Assembly: GCA_020444175.1 (NCBI GenBank)
Contig: JAHLLM010000027.1
Location: forward strand, 3,910-67,909
Length of the DNA: 64,000 nucleotides
Source of the DNA: Desulfobulbaceae bacterium
GTDB lineage: Bacteria; Desulfobacterota; Desulfobulbia; Desulfobulbales; SURF-16
Direction of reading: 5' to 3'
The first letter of the stretch is position 1. Each line of letters starts with the position of its first letter. Positions 20,418 through 30,370 of this stretch are shown one piece after another. The position numbers were made by a program, and so were the translations under genes. The notes under the pieces are model-generated. The model made no database searches and was not told where the DNA came from. It saw nothing but the letters and a program-made list of their open reading frames with translations.

Positions 20418-20545
20418 AGTTTGATTGGTTTGTTTGTTTTATTGGTTAGTTGGTTTGGTTGTTTGAGGATTGTTTGAACCGGCAAACCAATAGAACCACT
20501 AGAACCAATCAAACCAATCAAACCAATCAAACCAATCAAACCAAA
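20418..20545. repeat. dyad-symmetric array of 9-bp repeats (AACCAATCA and its complement)
   Basis: Right arm 20485..20545 has six and a half tandem 9-mers, four of them perfect AACCAATCA (20503..20538). Left arm 20418..20467 is the degenerate complement (TGATTGGTT ...). It fills the whole lysS-lolC spacer and ends 2 nt before the lolC ATG. Confidence 0.85.
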
Positions 20546-20547
20546 TT

Positions 20548-21780
20548 ATGAACTTTGAACCTTTTATCTGCTTTCGATATTTAAAAGCAAAACGAAAACA
20601 CGGTTTTATTTCACTTATTACGGTTATCTCCGTAGCCGGGGTTGCGGTGGGAGTTATGGCTCTGATTGTTGTTTTGGCTGTTATGGCCGGTTTCACATCA
20701 GAGCTGCGTAATAAGATCCTTGGGGTTAATTCCGACATCGTTGTCCAGAAACTCGGCGATACGATCAATAATTACCCGGAACTTATTGAAACTCTGCAAA
20801 AAAATAATGATGTTATCTCTGTCACCCCGTATATATACTCGCAGACAATGATCACATCCGGGGAAAACGGAACAGGCATCGTTGTTCGGGGTATTGATCC
20901 GGAAAGCGTAGCCGGTGTCCTTTCCCTTTCCAAACAGATGATTCGCGGTGAAATATCAAATATTGATCAACACAAGGAGGTTGCCGGTAAACCACCGGGT
21001 ATTATAATCGGCAAGCATCTGGCGCGTCAGCTCAGAACAGGCATGGGAGAGCGGGTCAGACTGCTCTCACCATCAGGTCCACTCACTCCCATGGGAGTCA
21101 TTCCGAAAATTAAAACCTGCGAAGTTGTAGGAATTTTTGATACAGGCATGTATGAATACGACTCCTCACTTGCCTATGTTTCGCTATCCACTGCCCAGAA
21201 ATTTCTTGGCATTACTGATGCCGTGCATGGTCTTGAACTTAAAATCACTGATATTTATCAAGCCCACGCAATTGCTAAAAAAATAGAGCAAAAACTGGGC
21301 CCGGGATTTGTGGCAAAAGACTGGATGTTGATGAATCAAAACCTTTTTTCAGCACTCAAGCTTGAAAAAACAGCCATGTTTATCATTCTGACACTTATTG
21401 TTCTTGTTGCCGCTTTTAATATTGTCAGCACACTTATAATGGTAGTCATGGAAAAAACAAAAGATATCGCCATTTTAAAATCCATGGGAGCCACCTCAGT
21501 CAATATCATGCGTATTTTTATTTATGAAGGGCTTATCATAGGACTTACAGGCACGGGTATGGGTGTGGCCGGGGGACTCGGACTCTGTGAAATACTGAGT
21601 CGCTATCAGTTTATCAAACTGCCAAGTGATGTTTATCCTATGTCTACCCTGCCGGTAAAAATTCTCCCGTTTGACGTGACTTTCATTGCTGTTTCCGCTG
21701 TAGTAATAACCTTCCTTGCCACCCTCTATCCTTCATGGCAGGCATCCCATATTGAACCGGCTGAAGCGTTACGCTATTAA
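20548..21780 (+). CDS. lolC: lipoprotein-releasing system permease, LolC/LolE family
   Basis: MacB/FtsX-type topology and N-terminal FICFRYLKAKRK typical of LolC/E. Followed by lolD. Confidence 0.88.
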   Translation: MNFEPFICFRYLKAKRKHGFISLITVISVAGVAVGVMALIVVLAVMAGFTSELRNKILGVNSDIVVQKLGDTINNYPELIETLQKNNDVISVTPYIYSQTMITSGENGTGIVVRGIDPESVAGVLSLSKQMIRGEISNIDQHKEVAGKPPGIIIGKHLARQLRTGMGERVRLLSPSGPLTPMGVIPKIKTCEVVGIFDTGMYEYDSSLAYVSLSTAQKFLGITDAVHGLELKITDIYQAHAIAKKIEQKLGPGFVAKDWMLMNQNLFSALKLEKTAMFIILTLIVLVAAFNIVSTLIMVVMEKTKDIAILKSMGATSVNIMRIFIYEGLIIGLTGTGMGVAGGLGLCEILSRYQFIKLPSDVYPMSTLPVKILPFDVTFIAVSAVVITFLATLYPSWQASHIEPAEALRY

Positions 21781-21785
21781 ATGAA

Positions 21786-22475
21786 ATGGAATCAGAAATA
21801 AACTTTTCAGCAAAAAACCTGACAAAAATCTATGGGCAGGGAAATCAAAAAATTGAAGTTTTCCGCGATCTCGACCTGGAACTTCACGAGGGCGAGATGG
21901 TGGCCATTACAGGCGCATCAGGAACAGGAAAATCAACCCTTCTTTATCTCCTCGGAACCCTTGACAGACCTGACACCGGCACACTCTTTTATCAGAATGA
22001 GAATATTTTTGAACGTGATGATAGATGGCTTGCCGCCTTTCGTAACAAATCCATAGGTTTTGTTTTTCAATTTCATCACTTACTGCCTGAATTTTCCGCC
22101 CTGGAAAATACTGTGATGCCAGGTCTCATTGCCGGCAAAAATAAAAAGGAAATTTTCTCTCAGGGTCACGAATTGCTTGAAAAAGTCGGTTTGTCACATC
22201 GCACGGAGCATCGTGTTGGAGAATTATCGGGCGGCGAACAGCAAAGAGTTGCTCTGGCCCGGGCAATCATCATGAAACCCGCCCTTCTCCTGGCCGATGA
22301 ACCCACAGGCAATCTTGACCCTCACACAGGAGAAAAGGTTTTCGATCTGATCGCTCAAATGAACAAGGACTTTGGACTCACCACTGTTATGGTGACGCAT
22401 AATTATGACCTTGCCCGCAGGATGGATCGTTGTTTAACCCTGCAAGACGGAAAACTTTACAAAAATCATTTGTAA
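21786..22475 (+). CDS. lolD: lipoprotein-releasing system ATP-binding protein
   Basis: Walker [12 protein letters not shown], signature [14 protein letters not shown], Walker [13 protein letters not shown]. Confidence 0.9.
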   Translation: MESEINFSAKNLTKIYGQGNQKIEVFRDLDLELHEGEMVAITGASGTGKSTLLYLLGTLDRPDTGTLFYQNENIFERDDRWLAAFRNKSIGFVFQFHHLLPEFSALENTVMPGLIAGKNKKEIFSQGHELLEKVGLSHRTEHRVGELSGGEQQRVALARAIIMKPALLLADEPTGNLDPHTGEKVFDLIAQMNKDFGLTTVMVTHNYDLARRMDRCLTLQDGKLYKNHL

Positions 22476-22642
22476 TGGCAACCGCTGGGGGAAAGCTTTT
22501 TTAGCATCTTCCCTGTATCAGGTGACGTTTTAATTTATTTTTTTTGTTGCCAACAATGTTAAATTTTTAGTAAATTTGCTATGTTATGCTTTTAACTTAT
22601 CGGATTTCACAAAACTTCACACCTACTATTTAAAAATATATT

Positions 22643-25330
22643 ATGCATATTTCCCGCCCCGTCCAATGCCTTCAGACCTTATTTATTCTCTTTTTTTTCT
22701 TAATATGTTCACTAGTTAGCACTTCGATTTCTTTTTCGGCAGAACAGAAAATTCAAGGCAACACCCTCTTTCTTCCATTTAAGATCAATGCAGCTACTGA
22801 TTTAAAGAAACTCACAGAAACGGCTGACCGAGATCTTGATTCAATTATCTCTGTGAGGAAACAATCTTTCTTAGATCGAGAAACGGCAACATCACTCCTT
22901 GATTATTCAGGCAGTTGGCCCCCGTCTTTACAGGAAATAAAAAAAATCTCCTCCGGTAATAACATTGAATACATTGTTACAGGAAGCATCACACAACTCG
23001 GTTCACGACTGAGTTTAGATGCCCTTGCTTATGATATTACCGGTGAGGCTTCTCCACAACACTATTACGCAGAATCCGAAGGGATGGAAAATCTCCCCTT
23101 TGCCACCCAGGGTATCATTGAAGATATTCTTGCCTTTACCGGCCGCACATACCGTATTGCGGAAATATCCATCAACGGCAATACCCGAATCGACTCAGGA
23201 GCAATACTTCGTCATATCCAAAACAGAGCCGGTGATTATTATGACCTGACTCAACTTCGTGAGGACCTGAAAAGCATCTTCAAAATGGGATACTTTAATG
23301 ACGTCCGGATTTCCGTTGAAAATACAGACAAAGGGAAAAAAGTCATTTTCACCGTTATTGAAAAAGAGGTGATAGGCAGTGTTACCATTACAGGTGAGCA
23401 AGAGATTGAAGCAGACGATATCAAGGAAGTTATAACCGTTGCCCCTAACACCATTATCAATCCCCAGGAAATCAGGGCTTCTGCGGAGAATATTCGTAAG
23501 CTCTATAAGGAAAAAGGGTTTTATGACACCGAGGTTACTTCTAATCTCACCTATCCTCAAGATGACCGGGTGAACATTCGTTTTGATATACGCGAAGGCA
23601 AAAAAATATTCATTAAAGAAATCTATATTGACGGCAACTCTACCTTTTCAGACAAAGAGATCAGAAAAATACTGTCAACATCCAGCAAAAACTGGCTCTC
23701 CTGGTTTACTGAAGCCGGTCTTCTGAAGCGTGATATCCTGCAACAGGATGCTTCACGCATCGGAGCTTTTTATCAAAACCACGGTTTTATTGATGCGAAA
23801 GTCAGTGAACCGCAGGTTGAACAATCAGGAGAATGGCTCTACGTCACATTCAAGATCGCTGAAGGTTCCCGCTACAAAGTCGGTTTTATTGATATTCAGG
23901 GGGACCTTATTGATTCAAAAATTCTCTTTCAGAACATGATCAAGATAGGAGCTGAAAAGTATTTCAATCGTCAGGTCCTGCGCGAGGATATTCTGAAAAT
24001 CACTGAATATTACGCATCACATGGCTACGCATTTGCCGAAGTTAATCCACAGGTCTCCAAAAATAGTGAAGACAAACGAGTTGACCTGAACATCAATATT
24101 TCAAAAGGCGACCTTGTTCATATCAACCGCATTATAATCAAGGGGAATACCAGAACACGCGATAAGATCATACGGCGTGCATTGGCTGTTGATGAGCAGA
24201 GTCTCTATGATGCAATCGCCTTAAAGCGAAGCACGGAAAGACTGCAGCGTCTTGATTTTTTTGAAGATATCAACATAACCCCAGAACCTGCAGCAAACGA
24301 AGACAACCTTATGAATGTCATCGTCGAGCTTAAGGAAAAATCAACAGGAACCTTCAGCATCGGAGCCGGTTTCAGTTCGGTGGACGGCCTGATGGTCATG
24401 GCAGATGTAACCCAGCATAATTTCCTTGGTCGCGGACAATCTTTATCTTTGCAGGCAAATCTCGGCGGATCGAATACCCGCTACAACATTAATTTCACCG
24501 AACCTCATCTAAACGACTCCAATCTTTCATTTGGTTTTGACATCTATTCCTGGAGCAGGGATTACGATGACTATGACAAGGATTCAACAGGTGTTGCCCT
24601 GCGCCTAGGCTACCCGTTATGGGAAAAATGGCGAATTTACGGCACATGGGGGTATGATGATTCAGAACTGAGCGAAGTCAGCGACAATGCTTCCCAGGCA
24701 ATTAAAGATTCCATGGATATTAATGTAACCCACTCCCTTACTCTCGGCTTGGCACGTGATACGAAAAACCGACGATATAATCCAAGTAAAGGGTCACGCA
24801 ACTCCTTCACCATAAAAAAAGCGGGTGGAATTCTTGGGGGTGATAGTGCTTTCACCAAGTATGAGGCAACAACGAGCTGGTATTTCCCTTACAGATGGGA
24901 CACGGTTTTTCATATCAAAGGGGCAGCAGGCTATGTTGTTGAAGATGAAGAAGACAGACTCCCTGTTTATGAAAAATTTTATCTTGGCGGGTTAAACACC
25001 ATGCGGGGTTTTGAAAATGGCGATATCAGCCCGGTTGATCCATTAACCAATGAAAAGATCGGTGGGGAAAACATGGCCTATGCCAACCTCGAATACATCT
25101 TCCCCCTGGTCAAGGATATGGGCCTCACAGGTGTGGTTTTCTATGATACCGGTTTTGTTCATGAAAAGGCTGATGATTGGGACTGGCAGGAACTCAGAAA
25201 AAGCGCCGGTTTTGGTTTCCGCTGGCTCTCCCCCATGGGACCCTTACGACTTGAATGGGGAATGAACATTGATCCCAAAGATGGTGAAGACTCAAGCCTC
25301 TGGGATTTCAGCATTGGAGGGCAGTTTTAA
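22643..25330 (+). CDS. bamA: outer membrane protein assembly factor BamA
   Basis: Signal peptide, repeated POTRA-like modules (I..I.GN.....I), C-terminal Omp85 barrel ending in F. 895 aa, with an extra N-terminal segment of about 140 aa. Confidence 0.93.
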   Translation: MHISRPVQCLQTLFILFFFLICSLVSTSISFSAEQKIQGNTLFLPFKINAATDLKKLTETADRDLDSIISVRKQSFLDRETATSLLDYSGSWPPSLQEIKKISSGNNIEYIVTGSITQLGSRLSLDALAYDITGEASPQHYYAESEGMENLPFATQGIIEDILAFTGRTYRIAEISINGNTRIDSGAILRHIQNRAGDYYDLTQLREDLKSIFKMGYFNDVRISVENTDKGKKVIFTVIEKEVIGSVTITGEQEIEADDIKEVITVAPNTIINPQEIRASAENIRKLYKEKGFYDTEVTSNLTYPQDDRVNIRFDIREGKKIFIKEIYIDGNSTFSDKEIRKILSTSSKNWLSWFTEAGLLKRDILQQDASRIGAFYQNHGFIDAKVSEPQVEQSGEWLYVTFKIAEGSRYKVGFIDIQGDLIDSKILFQNMIKIGAEKYFNRQVLREDILKITEYYASHGYAFAEVNPQVSKNSEDKRVDLNINISKGDLVHINRIIIKGNTRTRDKIIRRALAVDEQSLYDAIALKRSTERLQRLDFFEDINITPEPAANEDNLMNVIVELKEKSTGTFSIGAGFSSVDGLMVMADVTQHNFLGRGQSLSLQANLGGSNTRYNINFTEPHLNDSNLSFGFDIYSWSRDYDDYDKDSTGVALRLGYPLWEKWRIYGTWGYDDSELSEVSDNASQAIKDSMDINVTHSLTLGLARDTKNRRYNPSKGSRNSFTIKKAGGILGGDSAFTKYEATTSWYFPYRWDTVFHIKGAAGYVVEDEEDRLPVYEKFYLGGLNTMRGFENGDISPVDPLTNEKIGGENMAYANLEYIFPLVKDMGLTGVVFYDTGFVHEKADDWDWQELRKSAGFGFRWLSPMGPLRLEWGMNIDPKDGEDSSLWDFSIGGQF

Positions 25331-25366
25331 GATTCCCGTGTTGTCGGTTTAAACAAAAAATCCTAT

Positions 25367-25399
25367 GCCATGGCAGCAATGACTGCCATGGCTTTTTTT
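25367..25399 (+). terminator. rho-independent terminator after bamA
   Basis: 10-bp stem GCCATGGCAG / CTGCCATGGC followed by TTTTTTT. It ends 5 nt before the mfd ATG. Confidence 0.75.
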
Positions 25400-25404
25400 A
25401 TACC

Positions 25405-28400
25405 ATGCAAAAAATACTCTCTCTCCTTTCCGAAAAAAAGACTGCCCCCATTAGCGTTTCAGGTCTGCACACCTCGGCTATTGCTCTGCTTGCAGCACGT
25501 GCGGTTGAAAAAACAGGGCGCCCAGCCCTTTGCATTGCCCCTTCTGAATCGCTTATTGCATCCATGGAACAGGATCTTAAACTGTTCAGCCCTCTTCCGG
25601 TTATCACCTATCCGGGCTATGAAATTCCTCCCTACACACCTCTTTCACCAGACAACGCAACGACATCAGCGCGCTTATCAGCATTGTACAGAGTGTTGTC
25701 GAGTCATGGAAATTTTATCGTACTCGCCTCAAGCGAAGCTCTTCTGCGTCGAATTCTCCCCCTTGAAACCATGGATCAAAATGCAGAACTTGTCATTAAG
25801 GGAGAAGAAACAGATCAGCAGGAGCTTGCCGCAAGCCTTGTAAGGAATGGATACGAACAGGTTTCTCTTGTTCAAAATAGTGGTGAATTTACCTTGAGAG
25901 GGGGGATCGTTGACATCTATCCACCTGGTTTTTCCTCAGAAGAGGCAAATCAGATAGAGGCTCCAATCCGTCTCGATTTTTTTGGTGATACTGTTGAATC
26001 AATCCGTTACTTCGATCCAATAAGCCAGCGCTCCATACAGGATGTGGATGAAGCCATATTTCTACCTGTCAGAGATACCCTGTTTCCGGAAGCCGATTCA
26101 GCAGAACTTAAAAACCTTATCAAAAATTTTGATACTGAATCACGGGAGAGAAACTGGGACAGAAAACAGGCATATCTGATTCGTGAGAAAATTATCAGCC
26201 GCACTGACTTTCCAGGAATTGAATTCTTTCTCCCTCTTTTTTACCCCAAACTGTCGGCTCCAACCGATATTCTGCCTGAAAACACCCTTGTTTTTTCTTT
26301 TGACAGCATTGAGTCGTGTCGATCCACGAATTTGATTTGGGAGAGGATTAATCAAAATTACGATGAAATAAACAGCAAAAATCACCCTGCTCTTCCTCCA
26401 GACTCCCTCTTTTTGACCGAGAAAGAGCTTGGTGCAGCATTAAATTCATTCAGCCATGTTTGTTTTTATGATTTTCTCCCTGCGGGTCTGGATACTATTC
26501 AATCATTTGAAATCAGTTCGACAAACCACCTTCTTTTAAAACAGCAACTCGAGCTTTCCAGAAAGAAAGAAGGTTTTGTCTCCCCTCTTGCCCGCAAGAT
26601 GAAAGAGTGGCAGCTCAATAATGAAAAAGTTGCTCTGACATGCCGATCGGAAAAACATGCCAGGCATATTGCGGAAATGCTGTCAGCCTATGAATTTGAC
26701 CCGATTGTCACTCACAGCCCCCTGCTTCCCCATGAAATCGAGCCTTCGCAGCTTTTATTGGTTACCTCGCCACTCAGTGCCGGGTTTGATCTGACAGGGG
26801 AAAATCTCCACATTCTCTCCGAAAGTGAACTTTTCGGAGAGAAAAGAATAGGCCCCAGAAAAAAGAAAAAACAGTCAGCCCAGGGAGAACCTGTCCGTTT
26901 TGAAGAACTCCGCCCCAATGATTACGTGGTTCACACTGATCATGGCATAGGACTTTTTGTTGGCATCATCAACATGGTTTTAAACGATGTGGCAAATGAT
27001 TTCCTGCAGATATCCTATGAAGGCAATGATAAGCTGTATGTTCCCGTGGATCGTTTAAATACCATCAGCAAGTATCAGGGTGTATCGGACAAAGAGCCCA
27101 AAATTAATAAATTAGGGGGCAAGCTCTGGATAAATACAAAGAAAAAGGTTACGGAAGCGGTTTGGAAAGTTGCCCAGGAACTCCTTGATATTTATGCCAA
27201 AAGAGAGCTTGCCGTTGGACACGGTTTTTCTGCTCCAGACGCCCTGTACAACGAGCTGGAAGAAACCTTTCCTTTTGACGAAACGTCTGGACAGCAGAAG
27301 GCTATAAACGATGTCATAGGCGACCTCACTCGAAAACAAACTATGGATCGTCTTGTCTGCGGTGATGTTGGTTATGGAAAAACCGAGGTTGCAATCCGGG
27401 CAGCATTTAAAGTAATCGAAGACGGCTATCAGGTGGCCCTGCTCGTTCCGACCACAGTGCTGGCCGAGCAACATGCAGAATCTTTTCGTGAACGTTTTGC
27501 CGGCTTTCCAGTGCAAGTGGAATGCCTTAATCGTTTCCGCAGTCCCAAGCACCAGAAGAGAGTCATCAAGGATCTGTCAGATGGTCGAGTGGATATTGTC
27601 ATAGGGACGCATCGAATCTTATCTAAAGATATTATCTTTCAAAAGCTGGGCCTGCTCATTGTAGATGAAGAACACAGATTTGGCGTTACCCATAAGGAAA
27701 GAATCAAAAAACTGAAAAGTAATGTCGATGTCCTGACTCTGACTGCAACCCCAATTCCCCGCACTTTGCAGCTTTCCCTGCTTGGCATCCGCGATCTCTC
27801 AGTTATCAGCTCTCCTCCCAGTCAGAGAAGGTCGGTTAAGACCTTTGTCGCAAAATATGATGATCTGGTTATTAAGGAGGCAATTACCAAGGAACTGCAA
27901 CGCAAAGGTCAGGTGTATCTTGTTCATAACAGAGTAAATTCAATACACGGGGTGGCCCGTGATGTTCAAAAACTTGTACCCAACGCCAGAATTGCTGTTG
28001 CCCATGGTCAAATGCCGGGAAAACAACTGGAAGACATCATGGTCAAATTTATCCAGCACGAAATTGATGTCCTGGTCTGTACGACCATTATTGAATCCGG
28101 ACTTGATATCCCCAATGCAAATACCATTATCATCACCAGGGCTGATCGTTTCGGCCTGGCGGAAATATATCAGCTCCGGGGTCGGGTTGGACGCAGCAGC
28201 GCCCAGGCATATGCTTACCTGCTTGTTCCTTCCCTGGATGGCTTATCCAAGGATGCACGCCAAAGATTACGAGCTTTGATGGACTATAATGAACTTGGCG
28301 GCGGTTTTAAACTGGCCATGAGTGATCTGCAAATCAGAGGAGGGGGAAGCATACTCGGCAAAACGCAAAGCGGCAATATCGCCGCAGTTGGCTATGATCT

Positions 28401-28917
28401 GTATCTTGATCTTCTCCAGAAAACAGTTGAAGACCTCAAAAGACGTGGAATCGATGGTGAATCAGCCGAACTGGAACATGATTTTGAGCCGGAAATCAAC
28501 CTTGGAATTTCAGCTTATATTCCGGATCACTATATCGCGGACAGTGATCAACGATATATTGCCTATCGTAAAATAACAAGCATTCAGGACGAAATTTCGC
28601 TTGAAGACCTGAAAGACGAATTAAGCGACAGGTACGGAAAGATCCCGGATGAAACACTGAACTTATTGCGCATAATTAATCTGAAATTTGCCTTGCGAGA
28701 ACTTCGAATTACAAAGCTCGAAAAAGGAATTAAGGCTCTGGTTTTCACCTTTTTGCCAAACACACCTGTCACACCTGACAAAATACTGAATCTTGTCAAT
28801 AAGGCTAAAAAGAAAAATAGATTTACCCCTGAGGGAAAACTCATTGTTTCCATTAAAGAAGAATGCCCTGACAGTCTTTTTAAAGAGGCCAAAAAAGTAT
28901 TGCAGGTGCTGAGATAG
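25405..28917 (+). CDS. mfd: transcription-repair coupling factor
   Basis: Walker A GDVGYGKTEVA, DEEHRFG, RGRVGRS. 1170 aa, with a UvrB-homology N-terminus. Confidence 0.96.
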   Translation: MQKILSLLSEKKTAPISVSGLHTSAIALLAARAVEKTGRPALCIAPSESLIASMEQDLKLFSPLPVITYPGYEIPPYTPLSPDNATTSARLSALYRVLSSHGNFIVLASSEALLRRILPLETMDQNAELVIKGEETDQQELAASLVRNGYEQVSLVQNSGEFTLRGGIVDIYPPGFSSEEANQIEAPIRLDFFGDTVESIRYFDPISQRSIQDVDEAIFLPVRDTLFPEADSAELKNLIKNFDTESRERNWDRKQAYLIREKIISRTDFPGIEFFLPLFYPKLSAPTDILPENTLVFSFDSIESCRSTNLIWERINQNYDEINSKNHPALPPDSLFLTEKELGAALNSFSHVCFYDFLPAGLDTIQSFEISSTNHLLLKQQLELSRKKEGFVSPLARKMKEWQLNNEKVALTCRSEKHARHIAEMLSAYEFDPIVTHSPLLPHEIEPSQLLLVTSPLSAGFDLTGENLHILSESELFGEKRIGPRKKKKQSAQGEPVRFEELRPNDYVVHTDHGIGLFVGIINMVLNDVANDFLQISYEGNDKLYVPVDRLNTISKYQGVSDKEPKINKLGGKLWINTKKKVTEAVWKVAQELLDIYAKRELAVGHGFSAPDALYNELEETFPFDETSGQQKAINDVIGDLTRKQTMDRLVCGDVGYGKTEVAIRAAFKVIEDGYQVALLVPTTVLAEQHAESFRERFAGFPVQVECLNRFRSPKHQKRVIKDLSDGRVDIVIGTHRILSKDIIFQKLGLLIVDEEHRFGVTHKERIKKLKSNVDVLTLTATPIPRTLQLSLLGIRDLSVISSPPSQRRSVKTFVAKYDDLVIKEAITKELQRKGQVYLVHNRVNSIHGVARDVQKLVPNARIAVAHGQMPGKQLEDIMVKFIQHEIDVLVCTTIIESGLDIPNANTIIITRADRFGLAEIYQLRGRVGRSSAQAYAYLLVPSLDGLSKDARQRLRALMDYNELGGGFKLAMSDLQIRGGGSILGKTQSGNIAAVGYDLYLDLLQKTVEDLKRRGIDGESAELEHDFEPEINLGISAYIPDHYIADSDQRYIAYRKITSIQDEISLEDLKDELSDRYGKIPDETLNLLRIINLKFALRELRITKLEKGIKALVFTFLPNTPVTPDKILNLVNKAKKKNRFTPEGKLIVSIKEECPDSLFKEAKKVLQVLR

Positions 28918-28998
28918 TCGCGTAATAATGGTGTAACTATTTAGCGACAGTACCGGACCTTACCAGGTCTGCAATTTTAAACAAAAGATGGTTTTTTT

Positions 28999-29991
28999 AT
29001 GTCAAGACCCATTGCTACTTTCATAACATTTCTTTGCCTTCTCACTTTACTTTCAGCACACGCAAGCGGTGGAGTTGAACCATTACTGGTAGACCGCTGT
29101 GTTGCTGTGGTTAACGATGATATTATCACCCTCTCCGAGCTCAATGAGGAAGCCGCTCCAACGATAAAAAAAATAATGGAGCTCGCCCCTCCGGAACAGG
29201 TCGATTCAGCCATTGAAAAAGCACGCAAAGATATCCTTTCTGAAATGATAGACAGAAAACTTATCTTTCAGCGAGCAGCCAAACGCGGTATCGAGGTTTC
29301 AGAGGCGGATATCGATTCAGCCATTGAAAGGATTCTGGAACAAAACAACCTGACTGTTGAGCAATTCAGGGCTCAACTTGACCGGATGGGATCGAGTGAG
29401 GAGAAATACAGAGAAACTCTGCACAGCCAGATCATCCGTTCAAAATTGATAGGATATGAAATTCGTTCAAAAGTTGTCATAACCGATGAACAGATTGAAG
29501 ACTATTATAATAACAGCAGTAAAAACACAACGAGTTCACCAGGGTTTCATATTTTACAGTTTGGCAATGCCTGGGGTGAAAATGGACGTTCTTCAAGCAA
29601 AGACGATGCTGAAAAACGGGCTCACCAGCTTAGAGATATGATCGCTGCCGGAGAAAATTTCAAAGAGCTTGCCAAAACATATTCCGATTTGCCATCAGCT
29701 GAAGACGGTGGAGATATCGGCACATTCCAAAAAGATGAATTAGCTCCATATATGTGGAATGCAATTAAAGACCTCCGCCCGGGTGATGTCAGTGATGTCA
29801 TTGAAACTCCTTCAGGTTTTCAATTTTTTAAACTTATATCCAGCAGCCAGGACGGGATTATCTCCCAGGCTCCGCTTGAAACCATAAAAGAGGAAATCAG
29901 GGCGACTCTTTATGAGGAAGAATTAAAGAAAAAATTTGATAATTGGGTAAAACTCTTAAGGGATAATTCCTATGTCGAGGAACTTCTTTGA
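28999..29991 (+). CDS. periplasmic chaperone / peptidyl-prolyl isomerase, SurA-like (single parvulin domain)
   Basis: Signal peptide, SurA N-terminal-like helical region, PpiC-type domain (GGDIGTF..., ETPSGFQFFKL). Confidence 0.8.
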   Translation: MSRPIATFITFLCLLTLLSAHASGGVEPLLVDRCVAVVNDDIITLSELNEEAAPTIKKIMELAPPEQVDSAIEKARKDILSEMIDRKLIFQRAAKRGIEVSEADIDSAIERILEQNNLTVEQFRAQLDRMGSSEEKYRETLHSQIIRSKLIGYEIRSKVVITDEQIEDYYNNSSKNTTSSPGFHILQFGNAWGENGRSSSKDDAEKRAHQLRDMIAAGENFKELAKTYSDLPSAEDGGDIGTFQKDELAPYMWNAIKDLRPGDVSDVIETPSGFQFFKLISSSQDGIISQAPLETIKEEIRATLYEEELKKKFDNWVKLLRDNSYVEELL

Positions 29992-30019
29992 TTCCGTGCT
30001 CATTGACCTAACCCACTAA

Positions 30020-30201
30020 CAGGCTGTTGAAAAATGTAACGAGCGTAGCGGAGACAAGGATTTATGCCCTTCAGGGTGAAAATGAGGCGAAAAAGCACAG
30101 TTTACATGGAGTAAATGAGCATTTTGAGCCGAATTTTGACGCAGTATCAGCAGATAGCGAACAAAGTGAGACTTCGAGCGCAGTAGTTTTTCAACAGCCT
30201 G
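30020..30201. mobile_element. MITE-like element, family A copy 2 (182 bp)
   Basis: Same 15-bp terminal inverted repeats as copy 1. Direct CTAA duplication (30016..30019 and 30202..30205). Carries a 24-nt internal insertion relative to copy 1. Confidence 0.8.
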
Positions 30202-30211
30202 CTAAAGTGGA

Positions 30212-30340
30212 ATAAAATATCAAAATTTATCAGGACTCTTTTCAGTACCCCCTTGAGGGGTATAAGTCCCTTACCAGCAGAGGCAAATTTTTTATTTTTT
30301 TGAATTTCTTTCCACAAATGACACGAAAATAACTCCTAAG
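30212..30340. repeat. family E repeat, copy 2 (uninterrupted; the empty site for the family B insertion)
   Basis: Collinear with both flanks of 3391..3686. It carries a private 27-nt insertion (GACTCTTTTCAGTACCCCCTTGAGGGGT). Confidence 0.65.
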
Positions 30341-30370
30341 GGTCTAATAACCCAAATTTAAAAGGGCTGG

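Noticed and set aside
20485-20545. Possible CRISPR-like array.
   Set aside because: The units are 9 bp and contiguous with no spacers, so this is a tandem repeat, not CRISPR.
20499-20768. 89-aa minus-strand ORF ending WFDWFDWFDWFDWF.
   Set aside because: The repeat peptide is simply the translation of the 9-bp tandem array, and the rest is antisense to lolC.
25370-25843. 157-aa ORF overlapping the mfd 5' end in another frame.
   Set aside because: The mfd frame carries the conserved sequence, and this ORF begins inside the bamA terminator hairpin.
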